From an uncultured Acidobacteriota bacterium (GTDB taxonomy: Bacteria > Acidobacteriota > Thermoanaerobaculia > UBA5066 > Gp7-AA6): 64,000 bases of DNA. Positions within the stretch are counted from its first letter, which is position 1. Every line of letters begins with the position of its first letter. A program made the translations under genes and the position numbers. Shown piece by piece: positions 39,986 to 49,989 of this stretch. The DNA is taken from assembly GCA_963764715.1 (NCBI GenBank), contig CAVXTP010000023.1:24085-88084 (forward strand). Direction: 5' to 3'. The notes below the pieces were generated by a model. The model saw only the letters and a program-made list of their open reading frames with translations. It was not told the DNA's origin and searched no databases.

Positions 39986-42349
39986 GTGCTTCCCGTCATC
40001 GCGCTTTCCGTCGCGATCTACGCCGTGACGGCGGCCGCACTGCTCTGGCTTGCCCACCGCTTCGTCCGTCCGGTCCGATGGGGCGTCGCTCTGGTCATCG
40101 CCCTGACGCCCCTTCTGTTCACCGGGCGGGCGACGCTGACCGGCGGGATCTACGCCCCCCTCGACATCGTCTACGACGCCGAACCGTTCCAGATCCTCCG
40201 CGGCACGATGGGGATCGCCCCGGACCGGTCGCCTCACCTCAGCGACGTCGTGTACCAGGAAATCCCGTGGCGCAAGGCCGTCCGGGCCGCCGTGGCCCGC
40301 CGCGAGCTTCCGCTCTGGAATCCCCACGTTCTCGCGGGCGAGCCGCTCCTTGCCGTGCAGCAGCCGGCGGTCCTGCACATCGGGACCTGGATGGGCTTCT
40401 TCCTTCCCCTCGCGCAGGCGTGGACGTTCGAGATGTCGCTCCGGATCCTCCTCGCTCTCCTGTGCGGCTACCTGTTCTTGCGCGACCTCGGCTGCCGCGA
40501 CGCGCCGGCGCTCATCGGGGGCGCGGGCTGGGCCTTCTCGAACTACCTGATCTTCTTCCTGGGTTACCCGCTGGCGCCGGCGGCGGCGCCGTTTCCCCTG
40601 CTGCTTCTGGGCCTGCGCGGACTCGCGCGCAAGCCCGGCCGGCGGGGGACGGCGATCGTCGTCGTCGCGCTCCTTCTGATCGTGACGTCGGGCCATCCCG
40701 AGACCCTGCTCCACGCGGTGGCGGCCGCGGGACTCTACTTCCTCTTCGAGCTCGTCCGCGCGCGAAGGGAATCGCGGGGGCGCGCCACGGCACTTTCCCT
40801 GCTCGCGGGCGTGCTCGCGCTCGGCCTGTCGGCCGTCCTTCTGCTTCCGCTGGCGGAGGCGCTGCCCCATACGCTGGAGCAGACCGTCCGGACGGGCTGG
40901 TACGCCCGCCAGCCGCGTTCGCAGCCCGAAAGCGCCGTAGCCGCGCGCCTCGCGCTCGAGCTGTCGCCGCTCGCCGTCGATCGCGGGATCCACCCGCACC
41001 CGCAAGAGGCGGCGTTCGGCCCGACCGCCTACGCCGGGGCGCTGCTCTTTCCGCTCGCTCTCGCCGGGCTCTTCTCCCGGAATCGCGATGGCTGGTTCTT
41101 CGCGGGCCTCGGGCTCGTCGGGCTCGCGGTGGCGGTTCGGACCGTGGCCGCCGACCTGGTCGCCCGCCTACCCCTCTTCGACATCGCGCTCAACGATCGG
41201 CTGATTTTCGTGGCCGCGTTCTCGCTGTGCGTTCTCGCGGCCCTCGGCGCCGAGCGGTTGCTCGAAGGGGAAGGCATCTCCGTTTTTCTGGCGGGCTCGG
41301 CCGCGACGGTCGGCGTCCTCGTCGCGATCGCGCTCCGCCACGGGCCGGTCATGACCGCGCTCGGGGTCCCGCCGGAACGGGCGCGCGAGCGGCTCCTGGT
41401 CCAGATCGTCCCGGTGATCCTCGCCGCGGCCCTCGTCGCCCTGTCCCGGCGGCGCCAGGAAGGAACCGTGCTCGCGATGCTCTTCCTGATGCTGCTCGCG
41501 GAGCGCAAGCTCGAAGCCGGCCGGCTCTATCCGACGATCCGCTCGGAGGCCTTCTACCCGCCGCTTCCGGAGCTCTCGCCGATCCCGCTCGGAGAGCCGT
41601 ACCGCTTCGCGTCGCTTCACTACAGCTTCGTTCCCAACATCGCCGCCCTTTACGGCCTGGAAGACGTGCGCGGATACGAGGCGATGACTTTCCGTCCGCT
41701 CTGGGAGACGTTTCCGCTGTGGTCGGTCCATCAGCCGGTCTGGTACAACCGCGTGGACGACCCGACGCTGCCCTTCCTGAGCTTTCTGAACGTCCGGTGG
41801 GTCCTGTCGCCGGCCGGCGTACCGGTCCCGCCGGGCTGGAAGCTCCTCGCCGAGGGAAACGGGGTGCGTCTCCTCGAGAACCCGCGCGTGCTGGCGCGCG
41901 CGTTTGCGCCGCGACGCCTGGGTTCCGAGCCGGACCCCGCGCGCCGCGTCGCGCTGCTGAAGACGATCGAGGATTTCTCGGACCGGGGCGTCGTCGGCGA
42001 GGCCGGCCCCCCGGGCTGGACGTCGAACGGCGACGCCGTCGTCACGGTCGCGGAGTACGGCGCCGGCGGCATGGCCCTCGACGTCGACGCGAAAGAGCCG
42101 ACCCTCGTCGGCACGTCGATCACCGCCTGGCCCGGCTGGAAGGCGGAGCTCGACGGCCGGCCGGCCGGCCCGGTCTCGTACAACCACGCCTTCCTCGGCT
42201 TTCGCGTCCCCCCGGGGCGCCACCGCCTCGTCTTGCGCTACCTCCCCGACTCGTTTCGCGTCGGCGCGGCGGTCAGCGCGGCCTCGCTCCTCGTCGCGCT
42301 GGCGCTGCTCCTGCGCCGGGGCCGAGCGTCCGAGCCGGCCGGCGCGTGA
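39986..42349 (+). CDS. YfhO family membrane protein (GT-C-like)
   Basis: PLWNPH..AGEP; many TM segments; C-terminal WPGWKA.LDG...VPPGRH..VLRY.P. Confidence 0.82.
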   Translation: MLPVIALSVAIYAVTAAALLWLAHRFVRPVRWGVALVIALTPLLFTGRATLTGGIYAPLDIVYDAEPFQILRGTMGIAPDRSPHLSDVVYQEIPWRKAVRAAVARRELPLWNPHVLAGEPLLAVQQPAVLHIGTWMGFFLPLAQAWTFEMSLRILLALLCGYLFLRDLGCRDAPALIGGAGWAFSNYLIFFLGYPLAPAAAPFPLLLLGLRGLARKPGRRGTAIVVVALLLIVTSGHPETLLHAVAAAGLYFLFELVRARRESRGRATALSLLAGVLALGLSAVLLLPLAEALPHTLEQTVRTGWYARQPRSQPESAVAARLALELSPLAVDRGIHPHPQEAAFGPTAYAGALLFPLALAGLFSRNRDGWFFAGLGLVGLAVAVRTVAADLVARLPLFDIALNDRLIFVAAFSLCVLAALGAERLLEGEGISVFLAGSAATVGVLVAIALRHGPVMTALGVPPERARERLLVQIVPVILAAALVALSRRRQEGTVLAMLFLMLLAERKLEAGRLYPTIRSEAFYPPLPELSPIPLGEPYRFASLHYSFVPNIAALYGLEDVRGYEAMTFRPLWETFPLWSVHQPVWYNRVDDPTLPFLSFLNVRWVLSPAGVPVPPGWKLLAEGNGVRLLENPRVLARAFAPRRLGSEPDPARRVALLKTIEDFSDRGVVGEAGPPGWTSNGDAVVTVAEYGAGGMALDVDAKEPTLVGTSITAWPGWKAELDGRPAGPVSYNHAFLGFRVPPGRHRLVLRYLPDSFRVGAAVSAASLLVALALLLRRGRASEPAGA

Positions 42350-42361
42350 GCGCGGGCCCTG

Positions 42362-44374
42362 ATGCGGATGCATCAGGAGTCGTCTCCGTGCGAAGCTGAC
42401 GATGTGGACGTGAGCTCCGCGGACCGCTCCGAGGGCGTCGTGCTCGTCGGCAATCCGAACGTCGGCAAGAGCGCTCTCTTCGGGGCGCTGACCGGCAAGT
42501 ACGTGACGGTTTCCAACTATCCGGGCACGACCGTCGAGGTCTCCGAGGGATCGATGACGGTCGGCCGGCGGCGCGGGGTCGTGCGCGACACGCCAGGGAC
42601 GGCGTCGCTGCTCCCGTTCTCCGAGGACGAACGCGTCACCCGCGACATCCTCCTGGCGGCCCGGCCGGCGGCCGTCGTCGTGGTCGGGGACGCGAAGAAC
42701 CTGGAGCGGGGCCTCGCCCTCGCGCTCGAGGTCGCCGAGACCGGCCTGCCGCTCGTCGTCTGCCTCAACATGATGGACGAGGCGCGCAGCCGCGGCTTCT
42801 CGATCGACGCCGAGCGGCTCGCGGCCCGCCTTTCGGCCGCGGTGGTCGAGACGGTCGCCGTGCGCCGCGAAGGAATCGCGCGGCTCGCGGCGGCGATCGA
42901 GGACGCCCGGCCCACGGCCTTCCGCATCGCGTATCCCGATCCGGTCGAACGGGCCCTGGAGGCGATCGAGCCCCTGATGCCGGCGGCGCCGTTCTCCGCC
43001 CGGGCGCTGGCGCTGGCCGCGCTGGCGGGGGACCAGACGCTCACGCCCTGGCTGCGCGCGCATCTGGCCGACGACGCGCTCGCGCGCGTCGAGGACGTGA
43101 CCCAGCGGCTGCGCCGCTTCTACCGCGACGATCTCGGCGCCGTCGTGCAGGACGCCCGGCGGCGCGCGGCCGCGGAGCTCGTGCGGGAGGTCCGGACGCG
43201 GCGCGCGCCGGCCGATTCCTCGATCCGGCCGCTGCAGCGCTGGCTCGACGTGGCGACGACCCATCCCGTCCTCGGGGTGCCGGTGCTGCTGGCGGCGCTC
43301 TACCTCTCCTATCTCTTCGTCGGGGTCTTCGGCGCGAAAACGCTGGTCGACGTTCTGGAGAACGGGTTCTTCGGAAGGATCGTCAGCCCCGCCGCGACCC
43401 GGGTCGCCGACGCGATCCTTCCGTGGCCCCTCGTGCGGGACTTCTTCGTCGGGCCCTACGGCCTCGTGACGATGGCGCTCGCGTACTCGCTCGCCCTCGT
43501 GCTGCCGATCGTCGGCACGTTCTTCATCGCGTTCGGGATCCTGGAGGACTCGGGCTACCTGCCGCGCCTGGCCGTGATGGTCAACCGCATCTTCAAGTCG
43601 ATGGGCCTGAACGGGAAGGCCGTGCTGCCGATGGTCCTCGGCCTCGGCTGCGACACGATGGCGACGCTGACGACCCGGATCCTCGAGACTCCCAAGGAGC
43701 GGCTCATCGTGATCCTCCTCCTCGCGCTCGGCGTCCCGTGCTCGGCCCAGCTGACCGTGATTCTCGCCATGCTCGGAGGGCTTTCGGCGCTCGCCCTGGC
43801 GATCTGGGCCTTCGTGGTGCTGTCGGTCCTCTTCCTCGTAGGCAAGCTCGCGGCGCACGTGCTGCCGGGACGAAGCAGCGACTTCGTCCTGGAGCTGCCG
43901 CCCCTGCGCGTGCCACGGCCCGGAAACCTCCTCGTCAAGACGCTCGCGCGCATCGAGTGGTACCTGCGCGAGGCCGTTCCGCTGTTCGTCCTCGGGACCG
44001 CCGTCCTCTTCGTGGCCGACCGGCTCCGCCTGATCGGCTGGATCGAGCGGGCCGCCCGCCCGATCGTGACCGGCGTGCTCGGCCTGCCGGAGGAGACGGC
44101 GCCCGCGTTCGTCATCGGGTTCCTGCGGCGCGACTTCGGCGCGGCCGGCCTCTTCGACATGGCCCGCCACGGCCGGATCGACCCGATCCAGTCGCTCGTC
44201 GCCATGGTGACGATCACGCTCTTTCTTCCGTGCATCGCCAACTTCTTCATGATCGTCAAGGAGCGCGGCTGGAAGACGGCGGGCGCGATCGCCGCCTTCG
44301 TCTTTCCCTTCGCGGTCGCCGTCGGCGCCGCGCTCAACCTGGTGCTGCGCGCCCTCGCGCTGCCTCTCCAGTGA
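42362..44374 (+). CDS. feoB: Ferrous iron transporter B
   Basis: GNPNVGKS, NYPGTTV, DTPG, NMMD; LEDSGYLPR, PCSA, FVLELP. Confidence 0.95.
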   Translation: MRMHQESSPCEADDVDVSSADRSEGVVLVGNPNVGKSALFGALTGKYVTVSNYPGTTVEVSEGSMTVGRRRGVVRDTPGTASLLPFSEDERVTRDILLAARPAAVVVVGDAKNLERGLALALEVAETGLPLVVCLNMMDEARSRGFSIDAERLAARLSAAVVETVAVRREGIARLAAAIEDARPTAFRIAYPDPVERALEAIEPLMPAAPFSARALALAALAGDQTLTPWLRAHLADDALARVEDVTQRLRRFYRDDLGAVVQDARRRAAAELVREVRTRRAPADSSIRPLQRWLDVATTHPVLGVPVLLAALYLSYLFVGVFGAKTLVDVLENGFFGRIVSPAATRVADAILPWPLVRDFFVGPYGLVTMALAYSLALVLPIVGTFFIAFGILEDSGYLPRLAVMVNRIFKSMGLNGKAVLPMVLGLGCDTMATLTTRILETPKERLIVILLLALGVPCSAQLTVILAMLGGLSALALAIWAFVVLSVLFLVGKLAAHVLPGRSSDFVLELPPLRVPRPGNLLVKTLARIEWYLREAVPLFVLGTAVLFVADRLRLIGWIERAARPIVTGVLGLPEETAPAFVIGFLRRDFGAAGLFDMARHGRIDPIQSLVAMVTITLFLPCIANFFMIVKERGWKTAGAIAAFVFPFAVAVGAALNLVLRALALPLQ

Positions 44375-44619
44375 AGCCCGAAGAAACGCCCTTCACGCCG
44401 CTGCCCGCGCACCCGGCGCCGACGACGGAGGCGAGCACGTTCGTCTGCGGCCTCTGCGGGAACCGGTTCACGCACGGCGGGCTGGTGTGCGGGACCTGCC
44501 CCATGCAGACGGGCTGCCAGCTCGTCCGGTGCCCCAACTGCGGGTTCCAGTTTCCGCGGTCGTCGCGGCTCGTCGACTTCCTGCGCCGGGTGTTCCGGCG
44601 CTCACGGAGGCATCCATGA
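44371..44619 (+). CDS. Small Cys-rich protein coupled to feoB
   Basis: GTGA and ATGA overlaps on both sides; CGLC, CGTC, C, CPNC. Confidence 0.75.
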   Translation: MKPEETPFTPLPAHPAPTTEASTFVCGLCGNRFTHGGLVCGTCPMQTGCQLVRCPNCGFQFPRSSRLVDFLRRVFRRSRRHP

Positions 44620-45284
44620 TCCTGCACCCCGATCTCGCCGACCAGGACATCGAGGAAGTCGCCGAGGAGCTCTGGACGCTCGGCGAGCGCGGCCTCGACC
44701 GGATCGAGGACCTGCGCGCGTCGAGCGAGGTCGCGGTCCTCGACGCGGCGCTGGCGGAGCTCTCGCGCCGGGGCCTCGTGCGCGTCGAGGCGGGGCGGTT
44801 CGCGCTGACGTCGGAAGGCCGCAGCCTCGCCAGCCGCCAGGTGCGCCGGCACCGGCTCGCCGAGGTCCTCTTCACGACGGTCCTCGAGGTGCGCGACGAG
44901 TCCGCGGTCGACCGGACGGCCTGCGTCATGGAGCACGTTCTCGGCGCCGGCCTCGCCGACGCCATCTGCGCCTTCCTCGGGCATCCGCGGTCCTGCCCGC
45001 ACGGCAAGCCGATTCCCCAGGGGCCCTGCTGCCGCGAGCTCTCCCGGACCATCGAGCCCCTCGTGCAGCCGCTCGACCGGCTGCCGGCCGGCGGCGAGGG
45101 GCGGATCGTCTACATCGTGCCGCGCGATCGCGAGCGTCTCGCTCCGCTGACGAACCTCGGGGTCGTTCCCGGCGCGCACGTGCGCGTGCGCCAGAAGGTG
45201 CCCGCGTTCGTCCTCGCGCTCGGCGAGACGGTCCTCGCCATCGACCCCGCGATCGCCGGCGAGATCTACGTCAAGAAGGTCTGA
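44616..45284 (+). CDS. DtxR/MntR family regulator with C-terminal FeoA/SH3 domain
   Basis: RRHRLAE, ACVMEH, CPHGKPIP; FeoA-like LGVVPG tail. Confidence 0.9.
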   Translation: MILHPDLADQDIEEVAEELWTLGERGLDRIEDLRASSEVAVLDAALAELSRRGLVRVEAGRFALTSEGRSLASRQVRRHRLAEVLFTTVLEVRDESAVDRTACVMEHVLGAGLADAICAFLGHPRSCPHGKPIPQGPCCRELSRTIEPLVQPLDRLPAGGEGRIVYIVPRDRERLAPLTNLGVVPGAHVRVRQKVPAFVLALGETVLAIDPAIAGEIYVKKV

Positions 45285-45305
45285 GCGGCCGGTCGGGCCG
45301 GGACG

Positions 45306-45944
45306 TCAGCGCGCCGGCGCGGGCCCGTGCCCCGTCGGCGGCTCCGACACGACGGGCACGGCGCTCCAGGCCAGACGGTAGGGGGCGGATCCGGTCCAGT
45401 CGAACGGGAAGCAGGTGATCAACGTGAGCCGGGGGTCGGAAGCCGGCGCGATCACCGAGAGGTCTTCCGGACGAACGATCCGGCGCTTCTCCAGGCGGTA
45501 GGTCGACGTCCCCGACGGCCCGTGCCACCGGACGACGTCGTCCTTGCGGGCCTTCGCCAGGCGGCGGAAAAACGAGTCGCGGTGGCCCGCAATCACGCAG
45601 TTGCCCGTCGCGTCGGAGTCGGGCCAGGGGGTCGAGGAGAGGTGCCCGGGCCCCTTGCGGAGCGTCGACTCGGAGGTCCCCTCGAAGACGACCAGGTCGA
45701 TCCCGAGCCTCGGGACCTCGAGGCGTCCCAGGGGCTGCCCCTCCGTGGGGCGGACGGCGGGGCGAGGAGGCAATGAAACCAGGGCCGGTCCCGCCGGGAT
45801 CGTGGAGGACTGGCCTCTCATGCCGGTCGCGACGTGGGACGCGAGCCGGAGGAGCAGCACCGCGCCGACCGCGATCAGGATGTTGCCGACGAGAAGGAGG
45901 CGCGGCCGTCGAAAGACCGGCCGCGCCTCTTCGAAGCCCTTCAA
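45306..45944 (-). CDS. Class D-like sortase
   Basis: N-terminal TM; GPGH, GNCVIAGHRD, LTLITCFPF, downstream Arg (YR). Confidence 0.92.
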   Translation of the reverse strand: MKGFEEARPVFRRPRLLLVGNILIAVGAVLLLRLASHVATGMRGQSSTIPAGPALVSLPPRPAVRPTEGQPLGRLEVPRLGIDLVVFEGTSESTLRKGPGHLSSTPWPDSDATGNCVIAGHRDSFFRRLAKARKDDVVRWHGPSGTSTYRLEKRRIVRPEDLSVIAPASDPRLTLITCFPFDWTGSAPYRLAWSAVPVVSEPPTGHGPAPAR

Positions 45945-46546
45945 ACGAGTCGCCGAACGGCGAAGCCTCCAGCCAGGAGAACGAGGCCGGCGACCGCCAG
46001 AAGGGGATCGGACGTGCCGGTGGGCGGCAGCTTCTGCTCGGGCATCGGGGCGGGCGGCTCGATCGCGGGCGCCGGGGCCGGGGGCGGGGGAACGTACGCC
46101 GGCGCCGGAGCGACCGGCTGCTCGACGACCGCCTTCGGCGGCAACACCGTGACGATGTGGATCACTTCGCGGTCGATGACCTCGCCGCTGACGTTCTTGG
46201 CGAGGAGCACGATCGTGTGCGGTCCGGGAGCGACGTTCGCGACATTGACGACGTTCTCGTCGCCCTTCATCGTTCCGTGGAAGAGATCATCGAGGAAGAC
46301 GTCCACGAAAGGATGCGGCATCGAGTGGATGTCGTGGCGGACGTCCCTCTCCGCGGGAATCTCGGTATCAACGACGACCTGGACGTTGTGCCCCGTGATG
46401 GTCGCCCCTTCCATGGGCTGCACGACCCGGAGCTTGTAGTCGTTCTTTGTCGGGGCGGCCGTGTTCTGATCCGCATTCTGCGCGAGCGCGAACCCGGCCA
46501 CCGCAAACATCAACAGTATCAATGAGATCCAGCGAAAGCTTTTCAT
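45941..46546 (-). CDS. LPXTG-anchored exported protein
   Basis: Signal peptide; Pro-rich linker; LPPTG, hydrophobic helix and RR tail. Confidence 0.88.
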   Translation of the reverse strand: MKSFRWISLILLMFAVAGFALAQNADQNTAAPTKNDYKLRVVQPMEGATITGHNVQVVVDTEIPAERDVRHDIHSMPHPFVDVFLDDLFHGTMKGDENVVNVANVAPGPHTIVLLAKNVSGEVIDREVIHIVTVLPPKAVVEQPVAPAPAYVPPPPAPAPAIEPPAPMPEQKLPPTGTSDPLLAVAGLVLLAGGFAVRRLV

Positions 46547-46652
46547 GGTCCCAACCTCCTGGCTTCGGCCGGCCTCCGATTGCCGACGCCAGCCTTTTTG
46601 TAGCCCGGAGGCCGATTTCGCGATAGACGCAGATGCATTAGGGAGGCGGGAA

Positions 46653-48182
46653 TCAGCCGGCGAAAAGGCCCTCCGAAGGGGCGACCGAGGCTCCGGAAGC
46701 CTCGGAGCGGAGGTACTCGTCGATCGCGGCGGCGGCCTTGCGCCCGTGGCCCATGGCCAGGATGACCGTCGAGGCGCCAGCCACGATGTCGCCACCGGCG
46801 AAGACGCCGCGGCGGGTCGTCATCATCGTCTTCTCGTCGACGACCAGCGTGCCATGCCGGGTCGTCGTCAGGCCGGCCGTGGTCTTCGGGATGAGCGGGT
46901 TGGGGCCGTTGCCGATCGCCTCGATGACGATCTCGACCGGGAGCTCCTCGAAGGCCCCCTCGATCGGCACGGGGCGGCGCCGGCCCTTGTCGTCCGGCTC
47001 TCCGAGCTCGCACCTCTGCACCTTGAGCGCGCGGACCCATCCGTCGGAGCCGCCGACGATCTCGACGGGCGCGCACAGCATCCGGAACTCGACGCCCTCC
47101 TGCTCCGCGTGGTGCACCTCTTCGAGGCGCGCCGGCATCTCCGCGCGGGAACGCCGATAGACGAGGTACACGTGCTTGGCCCCGAGGCGCAGGGCCGACC
47201 GCGCGGCGTCCATCGCGACGTTGCCGCCGCCGAGGACCGCCACGTTGTCGCGCCGGAGGACCGGCGTGTCTTCCACGGGGAACCGGTACGCGCCCATCAG
47301 GTTCGCGCGCGTCAGGTACTCGTTGGCCGAGTAGACGCCGTTGAGGTCCTCGCCCGGGACGTTGACGAAGTAGGGCAGCCCGGCGCCGGTGGCCACGTAG
47401 ACGGCGTCGAAGCCCTCGTCGAAGAGGTCGTCGATCGTGAACGTCTGGCCGACGATGGTGTCGAACTCGAACCGGACGCCCATCTTCGACAGGTTGTCGA
47501 CTTCGGCCTGCACGATGTCCTTGGGAAGCCGGAACTCCGGGATCCCGTAGACGAGGACGCCGCCGGCCTTGTGGAAGGCCTCGAAGACGACCGCCTCGTG
47601 GCCGAGGCGCCGCAGGTCTCCCGCGCAGGTCAGGCCCGACGGGCCCGCGCCGATCACGGCGACGCGCCGGCCGGTCGCCGCGCCGACCGGCGGCAGCTCG
47701 ACGCCGCCCTCCTCGCGCTCCCAGTCGGCCAGGAACGCCTCGATCTTGCCGACCGACACCGCGAATCCGAGGTCCTTGTGGACCTTGGCCACCATGCAGT
47801 TCTCCTGGCACTGGCTCTCCTGCGGGCAGACGCGCCCGCAGATCGCGGGCAGGAGGTTGGTTTCCTTGATGAGCCGGATCGCGCTCCGGAAGTCGCCCTC
47901 GGCCACGAGCTTCAGGAAGCCCGGCACGTCGACGCCGACGGGGCATCCCGAGACGCACGGCTCGTTCTTGCACGAGAGGCAGCGCACGGCCTCGGCGCGG
48001 GCCTGCGCCGGCGTGTAGGCGAACGGGACCTCGCGGATGTTGCGCACCCGCTCGGCGGGATCCTGCTCGGCCCAGAACACCTTGGGAAGCTGGCCCCGCT
48101 GTTTGGGGGTCAGGGCGTGGCGGCCCTCGATGCGCGTCGCGAGCTCTTCGGGGGTCGGCTGGATCCGGATCTCGTCGGACAT
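46653..48182 (-). CDS. nfnB: NfnB/SudA-like (GltD-like) NADPH-dependent oxidoreductase
   Basis: CLSC..PCVSGCP, CGRVCPQESQC, GAGPSG, YGIPEFRLP, GGGNVAMD, FAGGD. Confidence 0.85.
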   Translation of the reverse strand: MSDEIRIQPTPEELATRIEGRHALTPKQRGQLPKVFWAEQDPAERVRNIREVPFAYTPAQARAEAVRCLSCKNEPCVSGCPVGVDVPGFLKLVAEGDFRSAIRLIKETNLLPAICGRVCPQESQCQENCMVAKVHKDLGFAVSVGKIEAFLADWEREEGGVELPPVGAATGRRVAVIGAGPSGLTCAGDLRRLGHEAVVFEAFHKAGGVLVYGIPEFRLPKDIVQAEVDNLSKMGVRFEFDTIVGQTFTIDDLFDEGFDAVYVATGAGLPYFVNVPGEDLNGVYSANEYLTRANLMGAYRFPVEDTPVLRRDNVAVLGGGNVAMDAARSALRLGAKHVYLVYRRSRAEMPARLEEVHHAEQEGVEFRMLCAPVEIVGGSDGWVRALKVQRCELGEPDDKGRRRPVPIEGAFEELPVEIVIEAIGNGPNPLIPKTTAGLTTTRHGTLVVDEKTMMTTRRGVFAGGDIVAGASTVILAMGHGRKAAAAIDEYLRSEASGASVAPSEGLFAG

Positions 48183-49093
48183 CAGGCTTCGGCCTCCGAG
48201 GCGGCGGCGGGCGCCTCCAACCGGCACGTGTGGTTCTTCTCCCGGTAGCGCGCGAGGCTCGCGGCCTCTTCCGGCTTGTACATGGCCTGGCGGCGCATCA
48301 TGCCGTCGAAGTCGACGCGGTGGCCGTCGAACTCGGGCCCGTCGACGCAGACGTACCGCGCCGTGCCGTCGACCGTGACGCGGCAGCCGCCGCACATCCC
48401 GGTGCCGTCGACCATGATCGTGTTCAGGCTGACGAGGGTCGGCACGGCATAGGGCTCGGTCGTCTTCGCGCAGAACTTCATCATCAGCGGCGGACCGATC
48501 GCGATCGCGAGGTCGACGTCCTCGCCGCGGGACCGGCGCGATTCGATCGCCTCCTTCAGTACGTCGGTGACGAAGCCCTTGCGGCCGGACGAGCCGTCGT
48601 CGGTGCAGACGAGGAGCTCGTCCGAGGCCTCGCCGAGCCGGTCCTCGAACACGAGGAGGTCCCGGCGGCGGGCGCCGAGGACCGTGACGACCCGGTGGCC
48701 GGCCTCGCGGAAGGCCCGCGCGATCGGGAGCATCGGCGCGGCGCCGATCCCGCCCGCGACGCAGGCCACGGTCCCGCGGAAGCCCTCGTCCTTGCCGGGA
48801 ACGCCGATGTGGGTCGGGTTGCCGAGTGGGCCGGCGACGTTCGCGAAGTCGTCGCCCTCCTGGAACTCCTCGGTCATCTCGATCGTCGTCTTGCCGACGG
48901 CCTGGACGACGAGGGTGATCGTCCCGGCCGACCGGTCCACGTCCGCGATCGTCAGGGGGATCCGCTCGGAGCTCGAGTGCGGCCGCACCATGACGAACTG
49001 GCCCGCGCGGTGGCGCCGGGCCACGCGCGGCGCCTCGACCTCGAAGAGGCTGACGTTTTCTCCCAGGGGCTTCTTGACCAGGATCCGGAACAC
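48182..49093 (-). CDS. nfnA: NfnA/SudB-like FAD/NAD-binding [2Fe-2S] subunit
   Basis: ERIPLTI, GPLG, AGGIG, MVDGTGMCGGCR, CVDGPEF; GTG 49093 after GAGGTG. Confidence 0.87.
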   Translation of the reverse strand: MFRILVKKPLGENVSLFEVEAPRVARRHRAGQFVMVRPHSSSERIPLTIADVDRSAGTITLVVQAVGKTTIEMTEEFQEGDDFANVAGPLGNPTHIGVPGKDEGFRGTVACVAGGIGAAPMLPIARAFREAGHRVVTVLGARRRDLLVFEDRLGEASDELLVCTDDGSSGRKGFVTDVLKEAIESRRSRGEDVDLAIAIGPPLMMKFCAKTTEPYAVPTLVSLNTIMVDGTGMCGGCRVTVDGTARYVCVDGPEFDGHRVDFDGMMRRQAMYKPEEAASLARYREKNHTCRLEAPAAASEAEA

Positions 49094-49110
49094 GGGCTTC
49101 ACCTCGCTTG

Positions 49111-49989
49111 TCAGAATGCCGGGGCGAACGCGGCGAGGATCTCGGCCGTGCTCGTGACTTCGCCGACCGCGCGGGCCTTCTTCCGGACCTCGTCCATGCG
49201 CTCGACGAGCGACGGCTGCCGCACCTCGTAGAGGACGCCGGTCGTGAGGACGTCCTCCTCGCGCGTGTAGCGCAGGGCGGCGGCCCGGTCGGTCACGTCG
49301 TGGTCCGCCGGGAGGAACGCCTGTTTCGCCTTGAGGATCTTGAACTGGTCGTCGCCCCGCCACGTCACGCACGGGGACATCACGTTCAGGAACGCGAAGC
49401 CGCGGTGTTCCATCGCGCGGGTCATGAGGTCCACGAGCGTCTTCGGATCGCCCGAGAAGCCGCGGCCGACCCACGTCGCGCCGAAGGAGATCGCGAGCTC
49501 GCAGGGGTCCACGGACGGCTCGGGGTTTCCCCAGAACGTCGACTTGGTCTTGTCTCCCGCCGGCGTCGTCGGCGCGGCCTGGCCCTTCGTCAGCCCGTAG
49601 ATCTCGTTGTCCATCATGAAGTACGCGATGTCGAGGTTGCGCCGCGCGGCGTGCAGGAAATGGTTGCCGCCGATCGCGATGCCGTCGCCGTCGCCGCCGA
49701 CGGCGATGACGTTCAACTCCGGCCGCGCGAGCTTGACCCCGCTGGCGAGGGTCAGCGCCCGGCCGTGGACCCCGTTGAACCCGAAGGTCTCCACGTATCC
49801 CGGCAGGCGCGACGAGCAGCCGATGCCCGAGATGACCACGGTGTTCCACGGCTCGAGCTGGAGCTTCGCCATGGCGCGGTGGAGCGAGGCCAGGGCGCCG
49901 AAGTCGCCGCAGCCGGCGCACCAGACGGGCTTCAGGTCCGATTTGTAGTCCGACGGCTGGAAGGTCGGGAGCTCGGCGACCGTGCTCAT
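49111..49989 (-). CDS. 2-oxoacid:ferredoxin oxidoreductase beta subunit (substrate unresolved)
   Basis: WCAGCG, SGIGCS, HGR, GGDGD...NEIYGLTKGQ TPP motif. Confidence 0.92.
   Translation of the reverse strand: MSTVAELPTFQPSDYKSDLKPVWCAGCGDFGALASLHRAMAKLQLEPWNTVVISGIGCSSRLPGYVETFGFNGVHGRALTLASGVKLARPELNVIAVGGDGDGIAIGGNHFLHAARRNLDIAYFMMDNEIYGLTKGQAAPTTPAGDKTKSTFWGNPEPSVDPCELAISFGATWVGRGFSGDPKTLVDLMTRAMEHRGFAFLNVMSPCVTWRGDDQFKILKAKQAFLPADHDVTDRAAALRYTREEDVLTTGVLYEVRQPSLVERMDEVRKKARAVGEVTSTAEILAAFAPAF

Noticed and set aside
46653-48182. Glutamate synthase call
   Set aside because: No gltB is present, and the adjacent NfnA-type subunit favours NfnAB
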